Positions 1 through 9,645 are shown, numbered from the stretch's first letter. The stretch is 64,000 nucleotides of DNA from Pseudomonadota bacterium (GCA_043797085.1 JAZDQA010000011.1:128001-192000), one strand, 5' to 3'. Notes: generated by a model not told the origin, from the sequence alone. A program made the numbers and translations.

Positions 1-819
1 AATTCGAGAGCTAAAGACCCAACCCTCATCCTGACGGAATATCTCTAAATTTTCTTTGATTGCATCGGATAAAAATATCTTTTGTTCTTCATCATTTTTA
101 GTTTTTCGCAGCACATAATAATTCGCATTGAAATTGATATCCTCCCAGCGCAGAGTTAGTATTTCACCTTTTCGTCTGCCTTGGAGGGCAAATAGAAAAA
201 ATGCGAGATAGAACGGATCATCATTAAATTCTTTATGAATTGCTTCATGAATAGAGTTTAGCTTACTAACGGCATTGACAACCATTTTTTTGGATGGAGG
301 CAATTTTATCTTTATCCCATCGAGCGGGTTAAAGGATATGAGTCGATTTGCTATGGCTTTTTTCAAAGCAGGGGAGAGCACTTCTAGCGTCTGCTTAATT
401 GTTCGAGGAAGTAATCCTAGTTCCTCTTGTTTTTTTATCGCGTGGCTTATATGCAACTGCCGAAGTTCTGTAACCTTCTTTTGACCACAATAAGGACTTA
501 CATAGCGCTTATAATGACTTTTGCGTGTTTTAGTGTAATTCGTATCGGGAAGAAGTTTGAAATGAGCATCTATAAAATCATCAAGTGTTATATTGCTGTT
601 TAAGATATTTTCTTTTTTAGCATTTTTGATCCTAATAACTTCAATCTTTGCAAAAGCTATTTTATCTTTTTTAGTCCATGAAACTTGATCACTTACATCT
701 ATTAAACCGCTGTGTTCTTTTTTTTCATACGAAAAACGATAGAGAAAAATAGTATATGAACTATTAGCCCACAACCCTGTTTCAATCTTTTGCGGATAAT
801 CATTTCTGTCTATAGCCAT
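1..819 (-). CDS. Tyrosine recombinase/phage-type integrase (C-terminus runs off the left edge of the window)
   Basis: Not in the ORF track (no stop in window). Manual translation: MAIDRNDYPQKIETGLW...LAFFLFALQGRRKGEILTLRWEDINF...KTKNDEEQKIFLS...WVFSSRI; box I G-x-R-x-x-E-I-L-x-L-x-W-x-D-I and catalytic K (KTKN); GGAGGG RBS upstream. Confidence 0.93.
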   Translation of the reverse strand, partial: MAIDRNDYPQKIETGLWANSSYTIFLYRFSYEKKEHSGLIDVSDQVSWTKKDKIAFAKIEVIRIKNAKKENILNSNITLDDFIDAHFKLLPDTNYTKTRKSHYKRYVSPYCGQKKVTELRQLHISHAIKKQEELGLLPRTIKQTLEVLSPALKKAIANRLISFNPLDGIKIKLPPSKKMVVNAVSKLNSIHEAIHKEFNDDPFYLAFFLFALQGRRKGEILTLRWEDINFNANYYVLRKTKNDEEQKIFLSDAIKENLEIFRQDEGWVFSSRI

Positions 820-845
820 TAATATTATCCCTCCCTGATATTATA

Positions 846-867
846 TTTGGGTACCGTTTTGGGTACC
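846..867. repeat. Direct repeat TTTGGGTACC x2, possible integrase arm-type binding sites
   Basis: Copies at 846-855 and 858-867, between the integrase start and the att core. Confidence 0.5.
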
Positions 868-975
868 AACTTTGTAGGTATTAGTATATTCTTATTAATA
901 TTAAAGAAGACTATAAAGCCCATAAAATAGGCTTATTAGTATGCGTATATATTAGTAAATTATATAGCAGTAGTG

Positions 976-1021
976 GCTCATAACGGAGTTGTCGCAGGTT
1001 CAAATCCTGCTTGACCCACCA
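976..1021 (+). mobile_element. att site: displaced 3' half of a CAT-anticodon tRNA (Met or Ile2), right boundary of an integrative element
   Basis: gCTCATAAcggagttgtc GCAGG-TTCAAAT-CCTGC ttgaccc ACCA: anticodon loop, perfect T-arm, 3' acceptor strand and CCA; no D-arm or 5' acceptor strand upstream; about 155 bp from the integrase start. Confidence 0.88.
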
Positions 1022-1094
1022 TCTTCAAATACCGCAATTATCAAAAAATCAAACATATTACAAAAGTTATAAATGTATCTACTAATGCTTATCG

Positions 1095-2045
1095 TCATCT
1101 CTGTTGTTGCATCGTTTCATAAAGCTGTGCAAGTGATTCAACAAATAAAGGGTGATCGTTTGGGGCACGTGCTACACGGTAGTCGTCAATTCCAAGTGCT
1201 TTGGCTTTCTCTCGGTATTCGATATCAAGCTCAAATTCTGTTTCGGAGTTGTCAACTGTAAAAGCGATAGGGTAGATGATGACTTTTTTGGTCTTTAAGC
1301 TGGCAAGTTTATCTTCTAGATAGGGTCGTATCCACTCTAATGGCCCGAGTCTGGATTGATAGGCCAAATGGGTTTTGTTGAAATGGAGTCCAGCATCGTT
1401 AAGTGCACGCCGTACATGATAGACGTTATTACGAATATGTCGTTGATAGAGATCACCTTTGGCAATAATCTGTTTTGTAAGGCCATGTGCTGAAAAAACG
1501 AGATCAAATTCTTGGGGATTATCGTCTCCAATTGTTTCTTTGATACGTTCAACGATCGCATTGATATAGTTGGGTTCATTGTAATAGCGGTCAATAGTTT
1601 TAATCTTATGTGAAATTCCTAAACGCAAGGACTCTTCGTGTAAAACGTCAAAAGAGGAGACGGTTGTTGTCGATGAATGATGGGGATAAAGAGGGATGGC
1701 ATAAATCTCATCATACGATGCAACATCTTTGAGTACATCAACAGTATAAGGAGGAGTATAGCGCATTACATAATAGACATCAACATTGAGCCGCTTAGAC
1801 AGTGCATTTACAAGATTGCGCGTGTGTGCAACGATAGGAGATTTACCTCCAATCAAAGAATAGTTATGTTGTGATTCTTTGAGCCTCAGGGTTGTAATGA
1901 GCCATGCGATGATAGAACGGATTGGTTTTGGAGCACCAATAATACGTTTGTCATTAAACATGTTGGTCAAAAAAACTTTTACCTCGGAGAGATTGTTGGG
2001 ACCACCCATATTGAGTAAAAGAACTGCTTTGGTCGTGTGTATCAT
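1095..2045 (-). CDS. hemH: Ferrochelatase
   Basis: AVLLLNMGGP, GGKSPI, MRYTPP, PLYPH.S.TT, FSAHGL, YQSRLGP.EW..P, DNSET.FELD; start placed at ATG 2045 (ATGA overlap with upstream ORF), alternative 2060. Confidence 0.96.
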   Translation of the reverse strand: MIHTTKAVLLLNMGGPNNLSEVKVFLTNMFNDKRIIGAPKPIRSIIAWLITTLRLKESQHNYSLIGGKSPIVAHTRNLVNALSKRLNVDVYYVMRYTPPYTVDVLKDVASYDEIYAIPLYPHHSSTTTVSSFDVLHEESLRLGISHKIKTIDRYYNEPNYINAIVERIKETIGDDNPQEFDLVFSAHGLTKQIIAKGDLYQRHIRNNVYHVRRALNDAGLHFNKTHLAYQSRLGPLEWIRPYLEDKLASLKTKKVIIYPIAFTVDNSETEFELDIEYREKAKALGIDDYRVARAPNDHPLFVESLAQLYETMQQQR

Positions 2046-2140
2046 AAGGAACCTGTCCATATAGCATCCAGCAAAGGTAAAGTAAGTGAAGAGGATGCGA
2101 GAAATGCAAAAAATGGATGGTGTTCAAAGAGTTTAATCAT
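2042..2140 (-). CDS. Small 32-aa hydrophobic ORF translationally coupled to hemH
   Basis: MIKLFEHHPFFAFLASSSLTLPLLDAIWTGSL*; GGAG RBS upstream of the ATG; its TGA overlaps the hemH ATG (ATGA). Confidence 0.55.
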   Translation of the reverse strand: MIKLFEHHPFFAFLASSSLTLPLLDAIWTGSL

Positions 2141-2230
2141 TAGTATTCTCCGATAGATAAAATATAGAAGAATGATAGAAAAAAAAACAATCCTTTCGTA
2201 GGGCTTTTTTGACAGTTTGATATTACATAA

Positions 2231-2377
2231 TTAGTGTTTTGAAAAATACGCTTTGGTTGCGTTGTGACGATACTCAAACATGGTATCTATATCCCGCTTG
2301 ATGAGTGCTAATGCGCCTAGCCATCCCATGGGAAAGCTGAGATCGTTAAGGTTTCTTCCATAAGTGTTGTTTGAGTT
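2231..2377 (-). pseudogene. Probable frameshifted C-terminal remnant of an SRPBCC ligand-binding protein
   Basis: Two frames join to give ETQTTLMEETLTI / FPMGWLGALALIKRDIDTMFEYRHNATKAYFSKH*, resembling the SRPBCC C-terminal LP.G.LG...MF.YRH pattern; no N-terminal part. Confidence 0.45.
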
Positions 2378-3787
2378 TCATAGATGAGCTTTTTTAATAA
2401 GATTGTTTGCCATCCCTTTAAAAACGAAAAGATGGATGGGTATTAATGCGTACCAATAGAGTCTTCCAGCAAGACCTTGAGGATAAAAATAGGCACTTTG
2501 ATAAAGATTTCCGTCTTTGATTAAAAACTCAAGCCATGCTTTTCCTGGTAGTTTCATTTGTGCAAAGAGTAAAAGTCTTTGATTGTCTTGGATATCAACG
2601 ACTTTCCAAAAATCGATACTGTCACCTATGCGAACGGCTTTTGGATCACGTCTCCCGCGTGAAATACCATAGCCGCCGAAAAGTTTATCGATAAACCCAC
2701 GCGTTTCCCACAGCCAGTCAAATCCAAACCATCCATTTGCTCCTCCAACAGAACAAAAAGTTTCAAACACTTTTTGAGCTGATATGTCATTTAGCGGTAT
2801 GAGTTGACGATCGATAAACACGGCATCGGCTAAATTGGCATGATCGGTTTCCCATGCTTCTCCTGAGGCATCCGACCAGCGACTTAGAACTTGAGCAGTT
2901 TTTATCTCTTCAACCGTCGCATTGACCGCTTCACGATAGGACATGGGATGGATTGAGGGGAAAAGCTGTGCGGCATTATTGTTGGTCAAGAGGACTTCAC
3001 TTTTTAGTCCTTCGATGAGGGCAGAGGCTACCGAGTAAGGGACAGGAGTCATAATGGTAAGCCAATAGGAGGAGAGTTTCGGGGTGAAAAAAGGGATTGG
3101 TATGAGAGTACGTTCCAACCCTACGGCATCGGCATAGCCTAAGAGAAGATCTTTATAGCTCATGGTTTCACTCCCGATATCGATCATACTGCTTTGCTGT
3201 TTTGGGAGGAATGCCGCTAGGGTCAAGTATTCGATTACGTCACTTTGGGAGATCGGTTGACAGAGGGTATTGACCCATTTTGGGGTAATCATAAAAGGGA
3301 GTTTTTCCACCAAGTGACGGATGATTTCAAAGCTAGCAGAACCGGATCCAATGATAACACCTGCACGAAACCACAGTGTCTGGATCATATCCGGACGGGA
3401 GCTTAGTATCTCTCCTGTCTCAATACGGCTGAGGAGATGTTCGCTTGCGCTCTTTTTTTCACCCAAACCGCCCAAGTAAATAATACGCTTTACGCCCGCT
3501 TTTATACAGGCATCCAAAAAATTCTGAGCACTTTTTCGATCGAGTTCTCGATAATTACTCGATGCCATCGAATGAATCAGGTAATACGCTGTATCTATAC
3601 CTTGAAGCGCTTGATTGAGACTTTCAACATCAAAAGTATTACCTTGAAAAATTTCAACGCGCTCTTGGGGATTAAGCGTTTGTCCGTGCTTTACAAAAAG
3701 ACGCACATTAATCGTCTCTTCTTGCAGTAATCTATGTTTGAGTCGTCGCCCAATATATCCGTTTGCACCTGTTAATAATACATTCAT
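2378..3787 (-). CDS. SDR/NAD(P)-binding oxidoreductase with DUF2867 C-terminal domain (YbjT-like)
   Basis: VLLTGANGYIG Rossmann motif, AYYLIHSM, SEHL.SR, IGSGSASFE, GD.IDFW.V, MKLPG.AWLEF. Confidence 0.9.
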   Translation of the reverse strand: MNVLLTGANGYIGRRLKHRLLQEETINVRLFVKHGQTLNPQERVEIFQGNTFDVESLNQALQGIDTAYYLIHSMASSNYRELDRKSAQNFLDACIKAGVKRIIYLGGLGEKKSASEHLLSRIETGEILSSRPDMIQTLWFRAGVIIGSGSASFEIIRHLVEKLPFMITPKWVNTLCQPISQSDVIEYLTLAAFLPKQQSSMIDIGSETMSYKDLLLGYADAVGLERTLIPIPFFTPKLSSYWLTIMTPVPYSVASALIEGLKSEVLLTNNNAAQLFPSIHPMSYREAVNATVEEIKTAQVLSRWSDASGEAWETDHANLADAVFIDRQLIPLNDISAQKVFETFCSVGGANGWFGFDWLWETRGFIDKLFGGYGISRGRRDPKAVRIGDSIDFWKVVDIQDNQRLLLFAQMKLPGKAWLEFLIKDGNLYQSAYFYPQGLAGRLYWYALIPIHLFVFKGMANNLIKKAHL

Positions 3788-4046
3788 TGTTTCTCACTTT
3801 TTGAGATAGTTAGAGAGTCATTTCTAATATTTACAGTACTATACATTTTTTACACAGCTTTTTGAACTATATTTTTGTCTTTTGATGAATTAAACATAAA
3901 AAATTGGTTAGTAAACATTTAAGAAAAGTAAACCTTATCATCAGTTACCCATTCGAAGAAAATATAAATATCTGGTTACGATTTACGGCATGGAGTAATT
4001 ACCATGTAATAGTTTTCATCCATAATTATGATCATTAAAATTGATT

Positions 4047-6878
4047 TTAAGCCATCCATTCATGGTTTTGAGACCATTTCTGAGACCATTCAATTAATTT
4101 TTCTGCGGGCATTGGTCGTGCGATTCCGTATCCTTGTGCATAATCACATCCAAGCAATAGCAGTTGTTTGCCATGTTCATGGGTTTCGACACCTTCTGCG
4201 ATCACTGCACGACCAAAAGCAGACGCTAAGCCAACTATGCCTGCTAAGATTGCCAAATCATCACTATCATCAAGCATATCACGAACAAAACTTTGATCGA
4301 TTTTTAAGGTAGCAACGGGAAGACGTTTAAGATAAGTAAGAGAGGAATAGCCCGTACCGAAATCATCTAAAGCGAAATGTATCCCCAGTTTTTTGCACTC
4401 TTCTATAATTTGAGAAGCTCGAGTAACATCTTCCAATGCACTGGTCTCCAGTACTTCAATTTCCAGTAAAGAAGAATCAAAATTTTCATGCTTAGCAAGA
4501 ATCTCTAGCAACCGTTCAACAAAATCCCCTTGCAGCAACTGCCGAGCTCCGACATTAACACTTACAGGCAAATTAAGCCCCTGATTTTGCCATCGTTGGA
4601 TTTGTGAAATAGCCTCGTTGATTACCCACTCACCGATTTCTACGGCTAATGGATGATTTTCAATGATCGGAAGAAATTTAAGAGGAGGGATAAGACCTTC
4701 TTGGGGGTGTTGCCAACGTATAAGTGCTTCAGCACCGATAAGGTCACCGGTACGCATATTAATTTTTGGTTGATAGTACAGAACAAATTCGTTGTTGCTC
4801 AGTGCCTGTTGTATTCTCTCTAAATTTTCGTGTCTTATGCGTATTGTGCGATCATGTTCAGGATTAAAAATATGATAGCGATTTTTACCCGATTGTTTCG
4901 CTTCATACATTGACTGATCCCCTTGTCGAATCAGCTGGTCAGCATCTACATCATCAAATTGAGGATAAAATGTCACCCCGATACTGGCTGAAACTTGAAT
5001 GACAATATCTTCTAAGTAGATAGTCTGACTTGCAGCATCTAAAAGTCTTTGTATAATAGGCAACGCAATGGAGGTATCATTCATATCCGTCAAAATTGCA
5101 ATAAACTCGTCACCTCCTAGTCTGGAAAGAGTATCTCCTTCGCGCAATGCTTGTTTCATCCGTGCTGAAAGAGCAACCAGAAGTTGATCTCCAACTGCAT
5201 GACCATAGCGATCATTGACTTCTTTGAATCCATCTAAATCAAGATAAAGCACGGCTATATGCTCATGTCGTCGCAGAGCTTGAGCCATTGCTTGTCGTAA
5301 TCGGTCTGAATTTAAAACACGATTGGGTAAACCGGTAAGGGAATCATAATGGGCAATGTGTTCAAGCTGCTGCTCGTGTTCCTTGGTCTTAGTGATGTCA
5401 TAAAACCATCCCAAAATGGACAATTCACCTTCAAATTCCATAGGAATGTAAGAAGCCAATACCCATATTGTTTGATTATTGATAAAAAGTTCTACAAGCC
5501 GATCACGTATAACTTCATTATTGTTAATCTGTGTTACTATCTCATCATACTCATTTTTATTCGCATAGTGATTTTTAGGACTTTTATCTATAAGAGTAGA
5601 TTTTTCTGTATCAATAAGTTTGGCATAAGCATTATTTGCAAAAAGAACTTTACTGCCGTTTGCTTTTGCAATTCTAACAGCAATAGGGCTTAATTCGAGT
5701 AATTGTGTAAGCATATGCTCTCGGTCATGCACGGTTTTTGCCAATTGGTGCATACTTTTTGAAATCAGCTCCAGTTCATCACCGGTTTTGATTAGAATAT
5801 CGGAATTATAATTTTGGTTTTTAATCGTCTGAATCTGCTCCATCAGCTTTTGTAACGGATTCGCAATTTGTTGATTAAACAAGTACCTAAGAAGCGCAAT
5901 TGCAATCAATGTCAGTGCAAGGATGATAGAAACAAAAGCGGTTCGGTTTTTTTTAAGGCTCTCAGACTGAAACGTTTTATCAAGATTGCTTATGATGTAT
6001 AGAGGACCATCCTTTGTAACGATAAAAGAGAAACCTTTATAAGCATTACTCTCATTAAGTATAGGTATTTGATTTCTATACTTAAGCGGTGAACTCAGTG
6101 TTTTAAATCGTGAATCCGAACTGGAATGTATCCATATGTTTAAATCATCAGAGAGTTCTTTAAAATAGCTTTTTCCCATTATTTGTGACATTTCAACATG
6201 AACGATAAGTTTATTTGTTTGTTTGTCTAAAAGACTCATGTGGCAGCTAACAATCAGTTCATCATTTTCCTTGTGATAGGTCACGATTCCTTTTGAATAC
6301 AAACCGGGATCAGTATAATTAGACGTATGCCGATACGGTATTAATCGGAGAAATTTAGTCGGTATTGGCTGATATTCTTCTTCTTGTTCCAAACGGCTGT
6401 ATATCGTCACTCTATTACTTTCATAAGAGATGAAATTGAGACGATACCCTTTTGAAGTTTTATAGACATACGCTAGAAGTTCTTGATGGGTATCATAAAG
6501 GGCAATGGAATCATTAAGCGAAAGTTTCACCCGATAAAGCAGCTGTTCCGTAATATTCTTTTTTTCTTCATCAAGCAAGATCGCATTGTAATTGTTTTTA
6601 TCCTGATACGAATCGATTAATTGAAGAGAAGAAATCATTATTTCATCGTCTTGGATGAATGTAATCCCTTGTTTTAAATTGTCTTCTAAAGAGTTTAGAC
6701 TCGTAGATATTCTCTGAAAAGCAAAATGAATTTGTTGTTGGGATTTTTCCGCGTAATTTGAACGAAGAAAATATTCAAAATAGCTTCCAAGGATTCCAAC
6801 CACCAATACTATCGTGGCGATAAGAATCAGCAGCAGCTTGTTTTTAAGATTTTGTTTTGAATACCAGTTGATCTGCAT
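4047..6878 (-). CDS. Membrane-bound diguanylate cyclase/phosphodiesterase (periplasmic sensor-HAMP-PAS-GGDEF-EAL)
   Basis: Two TM segments, HAMP (TGDELE), HYDSLTGLPNR, RxxD I-site plus RLGGDEF, YYQP, EALIRW, DDFGTGYSSL. Confidence 0.95.
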   Translation of the reverse strand: MQINWYSKQNLKNKLLLILIATIVLVVGILGSYFEYFLRSNYAEKSQQQIHFAFQRISTSLNSLEDNLKQGITFIQDDEIMISSLQLIDSYQDKNNYNAILLDEEKKNITEQLLYRVKLSLNDSIALYDTHQELLAYVYKTSKGYRLNFISYESNRVTIYSRLEQEEEYQPIPTKFLRLIPYRHTSNYTDPGLYSKGIVTYHKENDELIVSCHMSLLDKQTNKLIVHVEMSQIMGKSYFKELSDDLNIWIHSSSDSRFKTLSSPLKYRNQIPILNESNAYKGFSFIVTKDGPLYIISNLDKTFQSESLKKNRTAFVSIILALTLIAIALLRYLFNQQIANPLQKLMEQIQTIKNQNYNSDILIKTGDELELISKSMHQLAKTVHDREHMLTQLLELSPIAVRIAKANGSKVLFANNAYAKLIDTEKSTLIDKSPKNHYANKNEYDEIVTQINNNEVIRDRLVELFINNQTIWVLASYIPMEFEGELSILGWFYDITKTKEHEQQLEHIAHYDSLTGLPNRVLNSDRLRQAMAQALRRHEHIAVLYLDLDGFKEVNDRYGHAVGDQLLVALSARMKQALREGDTLSRLGGDEFIAILTDMNDTSIALPIIQRLLDAASQTIYLEDIVIQVSASIGVTFYPQFDDVDADQLIRQGDQSMYEAKQSGKNRYHIFNPEHDRTIRIRHENLERIQQALSNNEFVLYYQPKINMRTGDLIGAEALIRWQHPQEGLIPPLKFLPIIENHPLAVEIGEWVINEAISQIQRWQNQGLNLPVSVNVGARQLLQGDFVERLLEILAKHENFDSSLLEIEVLETSALEDVTRASQIIEECKKLGIHFALDDFGTGYSSLTYLKRLPVATLKIDQSFVRDMLDDSDDLAILAGIVGLASAFGRAVIAEGVETHEHGKQLLLLGCDYAQGYGIARPMPAEKLIEWSQKWSQNHEWMA

Positions 6879-7798
6879 TAAAAAATTGGTTTCACTTTCT
6901 CTACATTTTCTTTTGTGACCAATTCTACGGGAATTAGAATATGTTTGGGCACTTTTTCACCTTTGAAAATTTTAGCGGCAATCTCAGCGGATTTTACCCC
7001 TCCCAAGGGAAACAAGACTGATCCGCTTTGTGTCCCTTTTCGAATAGCATCTCGCGCTTCGGAAGTATAATCGCATCCGACGGTAATCAAAGATGCCGGA
7101 TTGATACCATGATGTTCGAGTGCCAATCGGGCACCACTTAGCATGCTGTCACTTTCAGAGAAAATCGCATCGATTTTTTCACCGGAAGCAATCAGTTTTT
7201 CCATCTCGAAAATCGCATCTTTACGCAGATAGTTACCCGTGCGTTTAATCACATGAATTTCTTTGTATTTTCCGATGGTATCTAAAAATCCTTTGGACCG
7301 AAGCTTGGTGACATCAGCCGTTTGTATCCCCTCGAATAAAAGTACTTTTCCCTTTCCGTTAAGTCGTTTTGCAATGTACTGTGCACCAAGCATCCCGATT
7401 TTAATGTTATCAGAGTTGATAAACGTTGTATAGGCATCTCCTTGGATTCCACGGTCAAGAATGATGACGGGAGTTCCGCGCTTATACGCTTTAGCTATGA
7501 CAGGAACGACTGCTTTTTCATCGTTAGTCCCAATGATCAGAAGATCGGCTTTGGTGTCTATAAAATGGTTGATTTGGCTGATGAGTAGTGCTGTTTTTCC
7601 TTTGGCGTCAGAAGAGACGAAATGGATATTCGGATATTTTTTGAGCGCATCAGCAACTTCACGCGTTTGTGCTTTACGAAAATCATTTGCCATTGTATCT
7701 TGTGCAAATGCAACCGTTTTTCCATTGTTATCAGCCGCAGCAAGAATGGATGAACAAACTATCATTCCTGCTAGAATCATCTGTTTAAACGTCGTCAT
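6878..7798 (-). CDS. Periplasmic sugar-binding protein (RbsB/Peripla_BP_4 type)
   Basis: Signal peptide; PVIILDRGI, INSDN..IG..GA.YIA..L.G.G.V, R.KGF; TAATG overlap with the downstream DGC/PDE. Confidence 0.9.
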   Translation of the reverse strand: MTTFKQMILAGMIVCSSILAAADNNGKTVAFAQDTMANDFRKAQTREVADALKKYPNIHFVSSDAKGKTALLISQINHFIDTKADLLIIGTNDEKAVVPVIAKAYKRGTPVIILDRGIQGDAYTTFINSDNIKIGMLGAQYIAKRLNGKGKVLLFEGIQTADVTKLRSKGFLDTIGKYKEIHVIKRTGNYLRKDAIFEMEKLIASGEKIDAIFSESDSMLSGARLALEHHGINPASLITVGCDYTSEARDAIRKGTQSGSVLFPLGGVKSAEIAAKIFKGEKVPKHILIPVELVTKENVEKVKPIF

Positions 7799-8120
7799 GC
7801 TGATACTTTCCTTTTAAATATAGTCACTGATGTTACGCATATTAAGTGCATAACGTCAGATAGTCACAAATTTATTACCGCTATTCAAATTGGAGCCCAA
7901 GATTATTATCCGATGTCACATTACGATAGTAATGACATTTGAAATTTTATCGTGAAGACCATCATATTCAGCTTCAAAGACTAAACGACAATTTTGCTGA
8001 TAAAACCACTTACATATTATATTTATCTCATTTGACTCTTTTACAATGTTTTTATGCAAACGTAAGAAATTTAATTTTTTAAGTTTTAGTCCTGCTGTTA
8101 ATAGTCGTGAAGGTGAAAAT

Positions 8121-8552
8121 ATGCTACCAAAGTTAATTATAGTGACGGATTTAGACCACTTTAAGCTCTATACGAGAAAAGTAGATCCAAAAGGGAAATT
8201 GTCTCTTAGTCTGAGCATGAGCAAAAACAGTCTCAATTTGCATAAAAAGATAGGTGAAGCGTTTTTTGATGTACAAGGAAGCTTTCATGGAATTCGAGGA
8301 AGCGGAACAGGTGAAAGCTATTGCAGTAGAGTCGAAAAAGAACAACGTAAAATCAAAGAAATTTCAGAACAGATTACGACGGTTTTAGAAAATAACCCTC
8401 ATCAAAGATGGTCATTTTCTGCCCCCCAAGCCATTAATAATCATATTGTCGAGCTACTCCCTGAATCGATTAAAAATAGATTGAGAGAGAATCTTTATGC
8501 TAATTTGACAGCAATTCCAACGGATGAAGTCTTGGCACATTTTTCAAAATAG
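8121..8552 (+). CDS. Host-attachment / baeRF-like family protein
   Basis: LIIVTDL..FKLY N-terminus, W.FSAP..INN.I...L...I, NLT.IP..EVL.HF C-terminus; AGGTG RBS before ATG 8121. Confidence 0.7.
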   Translation: MLPKLIIVTDLDHFKLYTRKVDPKGKLSLSLSMSKNSLNLHKKIGEAFFDVQGSFHGIRGSGTGESYCSRVEKEQRKIKEISEQITTVLENNPHQRWSFSAPQAINNHIVELLPESIKNRLRENLYANLTAIPTDEVLAHFSK

Positions 8553-8573
8553 ACTTTTACTTAAGGATTTGGT

Positions 8574-9602
8574 ATGTCATCCATTGCATGGCTTTCACAC
8601 ACACTTGACGACGGAAGGATTGCGTGCGATGCCTGCAATCAAGAATGTAAACTTTTTGAAGGAGAGTACGGTATCTGCGGTGTCCGTAAAGTCGAAAACG
8701 CTCAAATGCATCTTCTCACCTATGGTCGTGCGGCAACGGTCAATGTCGGTTCTATTGAAAAAAAACCGTTGTTCCATTTTTTGCCTGATTCAGATGTCTT
8801 TTCGTTCGGAACAGTCGGATGCAATCTTTCATGCAAATTTTGCCAAAATCCCGATATTTCTCAGTATCCGAAAGAACATCATAATACGATATTAGGGCAT
8901 AAGCTTTCTCCTCAACGTGCGCTTAATCTCGCCATTGAAAATGGATGCCAAAGTATCGCCTATAGGTATAATGAGCCTGTCGTATTCTTCGAATACACGT
9001 ATGACACTGCCAAGTTGGCGTATGAAGCCGGACTCAATAACATCTATGTCTCAAGCGGTTATGAAACCCGAAAGGCGATTGATACTATCCTCCCATTTTT
9101 AGACGGTATGAATATCGATATCAAGGGATATAATGAATCGTTTTACAAAGATATATGCGGTTCATCGCTAAAACCCGTTTTAGAAACACTCGATTACGCC
9201 TATCAAAAAGGGATATGGATCGAAACCTCGACTCTTCTAATCCCCGGATGTAACGATTCTGATCAAGAGATTCGAGACATAGCAAAGTTTCAAGCCAGTC
9301 TTGATCCAAATATTCCTTGGCATATTAGCACCTACAATAATGCAAGGTATAAAATGCAAAACACCTCAAAAACACCTCAAGAAACACTGACTCGTGCTTA
9401 TGATATTGCTAAAGAAGTAGGATTAAACTATGTTTATACCGATACTATGAATGATATGTTGCGAGAATCAACCTATTGCCCGCATTGTGACAAATCGGTT
9501 ATTGATCGTCACAGCAGGGAGAGAAATTACGTCACAAACCATTTGTCTTCAAAAGGGCAATGCCCATGGTGCGGTACGGACATAGCAGGAGTATGGTTTT
9601 AA
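8574..9602 (+). CDS. amrS: AmmeMemoRadiSam system radical SAM enzyme
   Basis: N-terminal C..C...C...G.CGVR, IEKKPLFHFLP, GCNLSCKFCQN (CxxxCxxC), YNEP, TLLIPG.ND, C-terminal CPHC...CPWCG. Confidence 0.88.
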   Translation: MSSIAWLSHTLDDGRIACDACNQECKLFEGEYGICGVRKVENAQMHLLTYGRAATVNVGSIEKKPLFHFLPDSDVFSFGTVGCNLSCKFCQNPDISQYPKEHHNTILGHKLSPQRALNLAIENGCQSIAYRYNEPVVFFEYTYDTAKLAYEAGLNNIYVSSGYETRKAIDTILPFLDGMNIDIKGYNESFYKDICGSSLKPVLETLDYAYQKGIWIETSTLLIPGCNDSDQEIRDIAKFQASLDPNIPWHISTYNNARYKMQNTSKTPQETLTRAYDIAKEVGLNYVYTDTMNDMLRESTYCPHCDKSVIDRHSRERNYVTNHLSSKGQCPWCGTDIAGVWF

Positions 9603-9613
9603 TAAGCTAATTG

Positions 9614-9645
9614 TTAACATTCTATTAACATTCTATCGCTATAAT
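9614..9645 (+). promoter_or_regulatory. TTAACATTCTA x2 (11-bp period) upstream of a TATAAT -10 box
   Basis: Exact tandem at 9614-9624 and 9625-9635; TATAAT at 9640-9645, 6 nt before ATG 9652. Confidence 0.6.

Noticed and set aside
950..1021. Intact tRNA-Met gene
   Set aside because: No D-arm or 5' acceptor strand, and the anticodon stem does not pair; only the 3' half is present.
3790..4046. Riboswitch (e.g. c-di-GMP) in the intergenic region
   Set aside because: No recognisable GEMM or other consensus by eye; an Rfam scan would be needed to exclude it fully.
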